NCBI GenBank assembly: GCA_947306585.1
Contig: CAMZGX010000001.1
Location: 1 to 45,553 of the forward strand
Length of the DNA: 45,553 bases
Origin: an uncultured Candidatus Saccharibacteria bacterium
GTDB taxonomy: Bacteria > Patescibacteriota > Saccharimonadia > Saccharimonadales > Saccharimonadaceae
Reading direction: 5' to 3'
Shown: positions 1-7,942 of the stretch, piece by piece
Position numbering within the stretch: position 1 is the first letter of the stretch
How the letters are laid out: each line of letters starts with the position of its first letter
Notes under the pieces: generated by a model
Seen by the model: only the letters and a program-made list of their open reading frames with translations
Database searches by the model: none
Told to the model about the DNA's origin: nothing
Translations under genes and position numbers: made by a program

Positions 1-53
1 CCACGACCCTCTGTTCCGAAGACAGATGCTCTAATCCACTGAGCTACGGGTGC
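1..53 (-). tRNA. tRNA-Arg(TCG), 3' end truncated by window edge
   Basis: Reverse complement GCACCCGTAGCTCAGTGGATTAGAGCATCTGTCTTCGGAACAGAGGGTCGTGG: D-arm GCTC/GAGC, anticodon stem TCTGT/ACAGA, loop CT-TCG-GA. Confidence 0.93.
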
Positions 54-101
54 AAATATTATCAATATTATACCACACTAGAGAGATGGTATAATGACGT
101 T

Positions 102-608
102 ATGAATCTAGTGATTTTTATCGTCGGTATTATTGTTTTAGTTTTTGGCTTTACCGCTTTTACGGGTGCGCCATACGTGCCAAGTTTGAAATCGGAGATT
201 AAAAAAGCTTTTACAGATCTTTATCCGCTTTCTAAAAATGATTTATTAATTGATCTTGGAGCTGGTGATGGTATCGTACAAAAGATCGCAAGCGAATTTG
301 GTGTTAAATCGGTTGGCATTGAACTTAATCCGATCATTGCTTTGATTGCAAAAATAAGATTAAGAAAATATAAAAACGCTAAAGTAATTTGTAAAAACTT
401 TTATAAGTATAACTTTCCAAAAGAAACGACGGTTATTTATGTTTTTGGCGACTCGCGTGATATTGAAAAAATCACCAAGAAAATCGAATCCGAAGCAAAG
501 CGTCTAGAGAAAAAGCCATTACATGTGATTTCCAATGGCTTTGAGCTGCCAGGTTATAAAGCTGTAAAAACAGTCAGCGCGTATAAACTTTACAAAATCA
601 ACGTTTAG
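102..608 (+). CDS. Membrane-anchored class I SAM-dependent methyltransferase (FAM173/aKMT-like)
   Basis: N-terminal TM helix, GAPYVPS, motif I IDLGAGDG, GIELNP. Confidence 0.8.
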   Translation: MNLVIFIVGIIVLVFGFTAFTGAPYVPSLKSEIKKAFTDLYPLSKNDLLIDLGAGDGIVQKIASEFGVKSVGIELNPIIALIAKIRLRKYKNAKVICKNFYKYNFPKETTVIYVFGDSRDIEKITKKIESEAKRLEKKPLHVISNGFELPGYKAVKTVSAYKLYKINV

Positions 609-642
609 TGATTTTAGCTTATGTTTATGCTATAATATGGTT

Positions 643-2868
643 ATGGCAAAACGTAGAAAACGCAAATCTTCAAGAGAAGCAGCTCCTGAACACGAGCTCC
701 CGGGTGGTTTCTGGCGTCAAGTTGGCGCAGTTGTTCTTTTGGCCCTTGCGGTCGTATTAGTTATGACATGGTTTGGTTCCGGCGGAACCGCACTTAATAC
801 TGTTCATAAAAGCGCACTTTATGTAATCGGCTATGCGTCATACTTCATTCCAGTTCTTTTAGTTTACCTTGCGGTAATGATTTTTAGGGCTGAAGGAAAT
901 CGCTTACCAATCGTCACTTGGATTGCTAGCTTTTTAATGGTGGCATGGTTGGCTGGCATTTGTGGCATTCCAACTTTTGGCCAAGAAAATCCAACTGGTG
1001 GTGTTGTCGGTGAAGGCTTGAATAGTCTCATGACTCAAATACTTGATCATGCTGCAGTCGTCTTTATCTACGTTCTCTTAATCTTTATTACTGGAATTTT
1101 CATTCTTGCAATCTCTCCAGCATCCGTCTTCCGCTGGATTGCTAACTGCTTTAGAAGCACAAGAAGGGAAGAAGATCAGGAAAACGCTCGCATTGCTCGT
1201 CGTGCTAGTGCTGAAGCTTCAGTTTCAAATAAAAAGTTTGCTATTCGCGGAGGTATTTCCGATGCTGTAGCCGAAGCTGATCGTGAAAATAAGAAACTTA
1301 ATATTAAGCATCCTGCTCCAGAGCCAAAGGCTCCAGCTGAAAAACCAAAAGAAACTGCACTTGTGGCGGTTTCTGATCCAAACTGGAAGATGCCTTCAAC
1401 CGATCTTCTCTCAAAGAAGACTAATCCACCTGATGGTGGCAACATTCAGCAGAACGCTGCAATTATTCGCCAAACTTACGAACAATTCGGTATTAACGTT
1501 GAGATCGATGGTGCAAACGTTGGTCCACGTGTTACCCAGTATACTTTGAAACCGCCTGCAGGTATTAACCTCGGTAAAATTACAGCTCGTGACAAAGAGC
1601 TTGCTATGAACCTTGCCGTTGATAAGATTCGTATTGAAGCTCCAATTCCTGGTACAAACTTAGTTGGTGTTGAGCTTCCAAACGCTCGTTCTGAAGGTGT
1701 GACCCTTAGAAGCCTCTTGGAGTCACCAGCTTGGAAGAAAGCTGATAAGCCACTCACCTTTGTCGTTGGTAAAGATATTTCTGGTCAGCCAATTATGGCA
1801 AACCTCGCAAAGATGCCTCACCTTCTCATCGCCGGTACAACTGGTTCTGGTAAGTCCGTTATGACTAACATTCTTATCTCAAGCTTGCTCTACCGCAATT
1901 CTCCAAGCGATCTCAAACTTATCATTGTCGACCCTAAGCAGGTTGAAATGGTCCAGTATGATGGCATTCCACATCTTTTGACTCCAATTATCAACTCAAC
2001 TGACAAGGCTCTTTCAGCAATGAAGTGGGCAGTTAACGAGATGGAGCGCCGCTATACTCAAATGGCTAGCGAACACGTTAAGAATATTGAAGACTACAAC
2101 GCTAAGATTGCTCAAAAAGCTGCAACTGTTACCGATGAAGATGGTAACGAACAACAACAAAATGGCGCAAAGATGCCATATATCGTTATTATCATCGACG
2201 AGATGGCAGATCTTATGATGCAAGCAGGTAAAGACCTTGAACAACCAATCGTTCGTATTGCACAGAAAGGTCGTGCTGCAGGTATGCACCTTGTCCTTGC
2301 AACTCAGCGTCCAGTCGTAAAAGTCATTACTGGTCTCATCAAATCTAACGTTCCTGGCCGTATTGCCTTCGCCGTTAATAACAACCAAGACTCCCGCATT
2401 ATGCTTGATATGGGTGGTGCAGAAAAGCTTCTTGGTTCTGGCGATATGTTGATGCTTACAACCGAAATGATGGGTAAACCTCGTCGTATTCAGGGTGCCT
2501 TTGCTTCGGATGCGGAAATTGAAAAACTCACCAACTTCCTCCGCGAGCAACGTGCTCCAGAATATAATGATGAAGTGATTGCGCAAGCAGTTTCTGTTGG
2601 TGCAACCGATGGCGGTTCAATTGGTGACTTCGGCCGTAAATATGATCCAAATGATCCACTTGTTAGAAAAGCTGTCGAAATTATCATTAACAACGGTAAA
2701 TTCAGTACTTCAATGCTCCAAACCTATCTTGGTAAGGGTCACGGCTTCGTCTCTGGTCTCGCTCTCTGGTTTGGTGAAATTGGCGTAATTGGCGAGCCAA
2801 ACGGTAATAAACCACGCGACGTCTTAATTTCATCACTTGAAGAATTTGATGAACTCGCAAATCAATAA
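643..2868 (+). CDS. ftsK: DNA translocase FtsK/SpoIIIE
   Basis: N-terminal multi-TM domain, Walker A AGTTGSGKS, IIIDEMADLMM, ATQRP, C-terminal gamma domain; start placed at ATG 643, 6 nt after TATAAT. Confidence 0.97.
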   Translation: MAKRRKRKSSREAAPEHELPGGFWRQVGAVVLLALAVVLVMTWFGSGGTALNTVHKSALYVIGYASYFIPVLLVYLAVMIFRAEGNRLPIVTWIASFLMVAWLAGICGIPTFGQENPTGGVVGEGLNSLMTQILDHAAVVFIYVLLIFITGIFILAISPASVFRWIANCFRSTRREEDQENARIARRASAEASVSNKKFAIRGGISDAVAEADRENKKLNIKHPAPEPKAPAEKPKETALVAVSDPNWKMPSTDLLSKKTNPPDGGNIQQNAAIIRQTYEQFGINVEIDGANVGPRVTQYTLKPPAGINLGKITARDKELAMNLAVDKIRIEAPIPGTNLVGVELPNARSEGVTLRSLLESPAWKKADKPLTFVVGKDISGQPIMANLAKMPHLLIAGTTGSGKSVMTNILISSLLYRNSPSDLKLIIVDPKQVEMVQYDGIPHLLTPIINSTDKALSAMKWAVNEMERRYTQMASEHVKNIEDYNAKIAQKAATVTDEDGNEQQQNGAKMPYIVIIIDEMADLMMQAGKDLEQPIVRIAQKGRAAGMHLVLATQRPVVKVITGLIKSNVPGRIAFAVNNNQDSRIMLDMGGAEKLLGSGDMLMLTTEMMGKPRRIQGAFASDAEIEKLTNFLREQRAPEYNDEVIAQAVSVGATDGGSIGDFGRKYDPNDPLVRKAVEIIINNGKFSTSMLQTYLGKGHGFVSGLALWFGEIGVIGEPNGNKPRDVLISSLEEFDELANQ

Positions 2869-2871
2869 TTA

Positions 2872-2903
2872 ATAAACTCCAGAAAACTGGAGTTTATTTT
2901 TTT
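2872..2903 (+). terminator. Intrinsic terminator after ftsK
   Basis: AATAAACTCCAG-aaaa-CTGGAGTTTATT followed by a T-run. Confidence 0.85.
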
Positions 2904-2933
2904 TGATGTATAATTATAAACATAAGGAGTAAA

Positions 2934-3260
2934 ATGAACGCCATTAAAAGAATCTTAAAAAATAAAAAGACATACGTCGTGATGATTGGGCTAATCTCGT
3001 TCGTATTATTTGCTCATGCGTGGGCAGGTTTTGTCCGTTGGTTGGCATATGATCCTGAGGCCGGCTTTAGAACTGAGCGTAGTGTTATTAAAAATATTGT
3101 TTACCCATTTACTGTTCTTGTATTAGCAATATTGAACGCATGCATCGCGCGTTACATTGAAAAGAAGAAAAAGATTAATAAAAATGCATTAGTTGGTCTT
3201 TTTATTGCTGCGACCGTTTTGTTTGCAGCGGTTATATTAATTGCAACTTGCGTGGAGTAG
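2934..3260 (+). CDS. Hypothetical 3-TM membrane protein
   Basis: SD AAGGAG; three hydrophobic segments. Confidence 0.75.
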   Translation: MNAIKRILKNKKTYVVMIGLISFVLFAHAWAGFVRWLAYDPEAGFRTERSVIKNIVYPFTVLVLAILNACIARYIEKKKKINKNALVGLFIAATVLFAAVILIATCVE

Positions 3261-3263
3261 TAT

Positions 3264-3869
3264 ATGAAAAAGAAAGATAATTTATTGTCAAAAATTGAAG
3301 CTCGCAGCTCACTTGATTTAATCATGGGTATTGTCGCTCTGGTGCTTGGCCTTATTTTGCTAATCGTATTTTTAGTGGACTTTGCTAAAGATTCAGATCA
3401 TTTGGCACTAACTACCTATATGAAATTTACGGGTTATTTTAGCGTATACGGCTTTATTACTGATGTTGTCCTTAGGCTGATCACCGGTATCGTTGCGGTC
3501 ATTTTCGGTCTTAGAGTTCTTTTTGGGAAGAGTGCCCCAAAGTTTTTTAGAGCACTTTTTGTCTCTCTATTTATCATGCAAGTATTTTTCTTTCCATTTA
3601 TAAATGCCCGTGTCTATTCTGCTAACTGGGAAAAAGTCACTGACTTCGTTGATGCTGTTGTAGAGGAGTCTTCTAAAGAGCAAGGCGAGGATGGCTACTC
3701 ATATACCAACTACATACATGGCGACGAAGTGATTGAAAAAGATAATGAACTAGGTGTTGCGGTTAATGTCATGGCCGAGAAAAATATGATGATTATGTTT
3801 GCGGCTGGTATAGTTTCAACGGCAGCGTTCTTCGTTACCCTAAATCATAAACCAAAAACTAAAAAGTAG
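3264..3869 (+). CDS. Hypothetical 4-TM membrane protein
   Basis: Starts 3 nt after the previous ORF; four hydrophobic segments and an acidic loop. Confidence 0.75.
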   Translation: MKKKDNLLSKIEARSSLDLIMGIVALVLGLILLIVFLVDFAKDSDHLALTTYMKFTGYFSVYGFITDVVLRLITGIVAVIFGLRVLFGKSAPKFFRALFVSLFIMQVFFFPFINARVYSANWEKVTDFVDAVVEESSKEQGEDGYSYTNYIHGDEVIEKDNELGVAVNVMAEKNMMIMFAAGIVSTAAFFVTLNHKPKTKK

Positions 3870-3925
3870 CTTCACCTCTAGACTTTTCCACAATTTTGTG
3901 GTAAAATTACAGGTAATATTAGCTC

Positions 3926-3967
3926 AGCAAATGACTATTATATGTGCATTTGCTTTAACCAAAGGAG
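3926..3967 (+). promoter_or_regulatory. Probable S6:S18 ribosomal-protein leader
   Basis: Hairpin AGCAAATG/CATTTGCT (3926-3933/3947-3954), then AACC, then SD AAAGGAG upstream of rpsF; TGgTAAAAT -10 at 3899-3907. Confidence 0.55.
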
Positions 3968-3973
3968 TACAAA

Positions 3974-4327
3974 GTGAAACAGTACGAACTTACTGTTATG
4001 TTTCATCCTGATTTAGAGATGAACTTAACACCTGCTGTCGAAAAGGTGAACAAAATCATCGAATCGGCTGGCGGCAAAATCGTCAAAGAGACGAACGAAG
4101 GTAAAAAACACATGTGCTATGCCATCAAGGGCAATGAATATGCTGTTTACTACTTCTACGAAGTAGAGCTTCCTGCAGAAGCACCTGCAAAAATTTCGTC
4201 AACTTTGAACATTACTGACGAAGTAATTCGTTACCTTCTTTGTGCAGCTGATCCACGCAAAGCTAAATATGAAGCTTTGAAGAAATCAGATGATAAAGAA
4301 GAAACCGCTGAAAAAAGCGAAGAATAA
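3974..4327 (+). CDS. rpsF: 30S ribosomal protein S6
   Basis: MKQYEL..., YAIKG, VIRYLL; rpsF-ssb-rpsR synteny; GTG start with SD. Confidence 0.97.
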   Translation: MKQYELTVMFHPDLEMNLTPAVEKVNKIIESAGGKIVKETNEGKKHMCYAIKGNEYAVYYFYEVELPAEAPAKISSTLNITDEVIRYLLCAADPRKAKYEALKKSDDKEETAEKSEE

Positions 4328-4349
4328 TCAATTTTAGGAGGAACTATTT

Positions 4350-4787
4350 ATGGCGCGGGGATTTAGTAAAGCAATCATCACCGGAAACATCACAAGAGAC
4401 CCAGAACTTCGTGCAGTCTCAAGCGGAACTCAAGTTTGTTCCTTTAGCGTTGCAGTCAATCGCAGCTTTAAGGGCGCAGATGGTTCTGATAAAGAATCAG
4501 TTTCATTTATCAACTGTACAGCATGGGGTAAAGCTGCTGAAATTATCGCTCAATACGGTAAAAGAGGCACTGGTATCCTCGTTTCAGGTCGTCTTGAACA
4601 GAGAAGCTATGAAGCAAAAGACGGTTCAAAACGTTCAACTACTGAAATCGTCGTAGAAGACTTCAACTTCCTCGGTGGCCGCGATGGTGGAGTAGATTAC
4701 TCAACCGACGAAGCTCAAGCTGAGGCAGACATCGTTCCTGATGATGTTCCAGATGAAGAAATCGATCTTAGCGATGTTCCATTCTAA
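4350..4787 (+). CDS. ssb: Single-stranded DNA-binding protein
   Basis: GNITRDPELR, OB fold, acidic tail ending DVPF. Confidence 0.98.
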   Translation: MARGFSKAIITGNITRDPELRAVSSGTQVCSFSVAVNRSFKGADGSDKESVSFINCTAWGKAAEIIAQYGKRGTGILVSGRLEQRSYEAKDGSKRSTTEIVVEDFNFLGGRDGGVDYSTDEAQAEADIVPDDVPDEEIDLSDVPF

Positions 4788-4806
4788 GAAAAATTAAAGG
4801 AGAAAT

Positions 4807-5001
4807 ATGAGAAGGGTTAAAAACGATCCAAATCTTTACTTCGATTATCGTGATGTAAAGACTTTGCAACGCTACGTTGACGCTTATGGCCGCATTGAGC
4901 CAATCTCAAAGACTGGTCTCTCTGCAAAGCAACAACGCCAACTCGCTGTCGCTATCAAGCGCGCACGCCACTTGGCACTTTTACCATTTGTAGCTGAATA
5001 A
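4807..5001 (+). CDS. rpsR: 30S ribosomal protein S18 (cysteine-free form)
   Basis: DYRD...[26 protein letters not shown]. Confidence 0.98.
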   Translation: MRRVKNDPNLYFDYRDVKTLQRYVDAYGRIEPISKTGLSAKQQRQLAVAIKRARHLALLPFVAE

Positions 5002-5019
5002 TAATTTAAGAGGAAAAAT

Positions 5020-5580
5020 ATGTACGGACCAACAGATTTGAAGAAAAATGTGCTGATCACACTTGACGGGCAACCGTACAAGGTGGTTGAGTACTCTCAA
5101 AAAGTCATGGGACGTGGCGGTTCTATCGTTAACGTTAAGGTTAAAAACCTTATCACTGGCGCACTTCTTCCAAAGACTTTCAAAGGTCAGGAAAAGATTG
5201 AGCCAGCAGAAGTTACGAACAAACACGTTCAATACCTCTACAAAGACGATGAAAAATTCTATTTCATGGATCCAGAAACATTCGAACAATATGAGCTTTC
5301 AGCTGATATGGTCGGTGATATGAAAGATTTCATGAAAGATGGTGACGAGATGGATATTCAGTTCTATAACGGAACTGCAATCAACCTCGTTCTTCCTAAG
5401 AACCTTTGGCTTGAAGTTACCTATACTGAAACTGCAGTAAAGGGTGATACTTCAACCTCAGTTATGAAGGATGCAACTCTTGAAACTGGAGTCGTGATCA
5501 AGGTTCCAGCATTCATCAAGGTTGGCGATATCGTCTCTGTCGATACAGATACTTACGCTTATCGTGAGAGGAGAAAATAA
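5020..5580 (+). CDS. efp: Elongation factor P
   Basis: KGDT, ATLETG, VPAFI..GD..VDT, YRER; tip loop VMGRGG. Confidence 0.97.
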   Translation: MYGPTDLKKNVLITLDGQPYKVVEYSQKVMGRGGSIVNVKVKNLITGALLPKTFKGQEKIEPAEVTNKHVQYLYKDDEKFYFMDPETFEQYELSADMVGDMKDFMKDGDEMDIQFYNGTAINLVLPKNLWLEVTYTETAVKGDTSTSVMKDATLETGVVIKVPAFIKVGDIVSVDTDTYAYRERRK

Positions 5581-6242
5581 TTAACTCTGCATTTAAGAGT
5601 TTAGAGAATACGGGCTCCAGTTTTGCTGGGCCCGTTTCTCGTGCCGAAAATAAAATTGCTGGTGCAGTGCGTGAATTCAAATATGATTTTCGTGGCAAAA
5701 CTGCACTCGATATCGGATCATCAACTGGTGGCTTTACTGAGTTTGCTTTGAATGCTGGCGCAAACCATGTTATCGCAGTAGAGAAGGGAACTAATCAAAT
5801 GAAGAAACCACTTCGTTTTGACCCACGAATTGATCTACGTGAAAAAACCGATATCTTTAAATGTAATCGTGAACTTTTGGGTTTATGTGATTATTTTGAA
5901 ACTGCAGAAAAATCACATAAAAACAAAACTCATCTTGATGTAATTTTGGCGGATGTTAGCTTTATTTCACTCCGCAAAGTTTTACTCCACGCTAAATATA
6001 ATATTGCGTCACTCGACACTGATTTTCTCGTTATGTTAAAGCCTCAATTTGAAGCTAAACCATTTGAACTAAAACGCGGCGTTGTAAAAAACGAAGCTAT
6101 TCGTCGTGGTATTGTCAAGGAATTCGAAGCATGGTTGAAAACCCAAGGTTTCATTATTGTGAAAAAGCGTGACAACGATCTTGCTGGTAGAAATGGCAAT
6201 CTTGAGCGTTTTTATCTCTTAAAACTCGCAAAGAAGTATTAG
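5580..6242 (+). CDS. tlyA: TlyA-family rRNA 2'-O-methyltransferase lacking the S4 domain; start uncertain
   Basis: VSRAENK (upstream of GTG 5667), LDIGSSTGGFT, DVSFISL, KPQFE, GRNGNLE. Confidence 0.85.
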   Translation: MNSAFKSLENTGSSFAGPVSRAENKIAGAVREFKYDFRGKTALDIGSSTGGFTEFALNAGANHVIAVEKGTNQMKKPLRFDPRIDLREKTDIFKCNRELLGLCDYFETAEKSHKNKTHLDVILADVSFISLRKVLLHAKYNIASLDTDFLVMLKPQFEAKPFELKRGVVKNEAIRRGIVKEFEAWLKTQGFIIVKKRDNDLAGRNGNLERFYLLKLAKKY

Positions 6243-6247
6243 ATAAC

Positions 6248-6277
6248 AAAAAACTTGCCTACGGCAAGTATGATTTT
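6248..6277. terminator. Hairpin between convergent tlyA and tRNA-Val
   Basis: ACTTGCC-tac-GGCAAGT with an A-run on the left. Confidence 0.6.
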
Positions 6278-6278
6278 G

Positions 6279-6355
6279 TGGTGGGCGATAGAGGAGTCGA
6301 ACCTCTGACCTCGTCTACGTCAAAGACGCGCTCTAGCCAACTGAGCTAACCGCCC
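6279..6355 (-). tRNA. tRNA-Val(GAC)
   Basis: GGGCGGTTAGCTCAGTTGGCTAGAGCGCGTCTTTGACGTAGACGAGGTCAGAGGTTCGACTCCTCTATCGCCCACCA; CCA encoded. Confidence 0.97.
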
Positions 6356-6409
6356 GCTTCATTTATAATATCACAATCTCTATAAAATATCAAGCTTTTC
6401 TGTCATGGA

Positions 6410-6525
6410 ACTTCTTTGACCTCCAAGAGAGATTTTTAAAAGGATGGACGTCAGCATTATTGAGCGAAAAAGGTAAAACAATTAACAAACATGTATCACA
6501 AGTGGGGGTACGAGGTCAAAGAAGT
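6410..6525. repeat. Perfect 14-bp inverted repeat with 88-nt spacer
   Basis: ACTTCTTTGACCTC (6410-6423) / GAGGTCAAAGAAGT (6512-6525). Confidence 0.9.
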
Positions 6526-6769
6526 ATGTGCTAGCAAGTTTGAGGAGAGCTTGCTCTAAACCTGGCGCGATATTAACAAAGAATTTTTATAATGCAAGCA
6601 TAAGAGGAAAAGAAAGGTTTCTAACAGATAAGAATAGTGAATTAGAGCAATATTATATATAATGTAAACTTTTTTGCGATAAAAATAAGATTAAAAATAA
6701 ACACTTTCATATCTGTAATTCGTGTACAATTTTAAACATAACAGGGAACGAAATCTTAAAAACCGCTAC

Positions 6770-6906
6770 TTGCGCTTATGATAAAAACCCAGTACAATTA
6801 GATTAGCTAAAAGGCATTTTCACTAGAGTCCATCGGTATGGACGCGAAGCACCATAGGAGTGTGTATGGACACTTCTTGCTCGGTGCTTCTTTTTGGTCT
6901 TAGTGA
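6770..6906 (+). ncRNA. Candidate structured small RNA or orphan leader with its own promoter
   Basis: TTGCGC-17-TACAAT; stems TCACTA/TAGTGA, GTCCAT/ATGGAC, GAAGCACC/GGTGCTTC plus T5, AGGAGTGT/ACACTTCT. Confidence 0.45.
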
Positions 6907-7009
6907 TTTTTAATCGCAAATGCATTTGCACTCAGACTGTCTATACAACAAAATACTTGTAAATAGTGAAAAATTTGTTAGTATCGTTTCGTATTCAAAT
7001 TTTGAATAC

Positions 7010-7083
7010 AAAAAACGATGTGGGGGAGTTGGTTTTAATCTTCTAACACTAGCTAAAGAGTCTACAGAAGATTCCCCACATCG
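7010..7083 (-). terminator. Large compound hairpin, probably the galU terminator
   Basis: CGATGTGGGG/CCCCACATCG enclosing AATCTTCT/AGAAGATT; T-run follows on the minus strand. Confidence 0.6.
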
Positions 7084-7093
7084 GGTTAATTAA

Positions 7094-7932
7094 TTATTTT
7101 TCTCCACCTAGAACAACATTGTTAGCATGGAGCCAGCCTTCGACAGTTCCACCATCGAGGTAGTCCACAGCTGTAAGTGCAACTCGGATGCAGCAGCATT
7201 TTTCAATTTACGATTCAAATTTATAGGTAATCATGTATTCCTGATCATTTGGTCCGAAGTCATGGGTTTTAACATATTCGACGATCTCGCGAAGCATTGA
7301 AGGGGAAAGAATGTATTTTGAAACTGAAGCAAGGCCTGTGACCTGTTCTGGTGCAGGTTTTTCGGTGATTTTTGTTAATCTTTCATTCTCGATTGTGAGC
7401 GCACCACCATTAAGAAGAGCCTCATATGGATGGTCAATGCCGAGAATTACGGATTCGTCATCGTCCTGAACTGCCTTGAGGAGAGACTCAGCTGAAGATT
7501 CACCGTCCGGATTCCAATAAAGTCGTCGCCCATGAAACAAAAGACTGGTTCATCGATATTATATTCTTCGACTACCATTGCGACTGGTACTGCAGTACCA
7601 TAACGGCCAGATGGATCTTGAATTGTGTAATGGATTGTTACATCGTCCGGTAAGGTTTTAGCGAGTGCGAGACGGTCGTGTTTGCCACGCTCAATTAAAT
7701 AATCGTTAAGTGCAACGTTATCTTTGTAAAACTCGCGAACCTGACATGGCTCAACGTTTGAAATCACCATGTAGATGTCTTTTACGCCAGCCTTGATTAA
7801 TTCTTGAACTGAATAATCTACGAGTGGTCTGTTTCCAACTGGAAGCATTGATTTTTCAATGATTTTAGTGATTGGAAGCCTGCGCGTGCCCCAGCCCGCG
7901 ACAGGGATAATAGCCTTTGTGATTTGTTTCAT
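7094..7932 (-). pseudogene. galU: Disrupted UTP-glucose-1-phosphate uridylyltransferase (GalU-like)
   Basis: KAIIPVAGWGTRRLPITK..EK.MLP; 1-nt deletion near 7516 (MGDDFI|WNPDG); in-frame TAA at 7208-7210; C-terminal YLDGGTVEGWLHAN continues in frame to TAA 7094. Confidence 0.85.
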
Positions 7933-7942
7933 AATACTTTAA

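Noticed and set aside
3884..3892. DnaA-box-like TTTTCCACA in the rpsF promoter
   Set aside because: A single copy that is part of a short promoter palindrome; insufficient to call.
6814..6923. Retron msr-msd (outer inverted repeat enclosing a short and a long hairpin)
   Set aside because: The topology is superficially similar, but no reverse transcriptase is adjacent and the outer stem is only 6-7 bp.
6356..7093. tmRNA, RNase P RNA, SRP RNA or oriC
   Set aside because: No tRNA-like ends or tag ORF, no GAGGAAAGTCC, no SRP loop motif, and no cluster of DnaA boxes.
7208..7210. Stop-codon recoding or alternative genetic code
   Set aside because: The internal stop is TAA, the main terminator here. 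All other genes are intact in code 11, and TGA ends 30493-30924.
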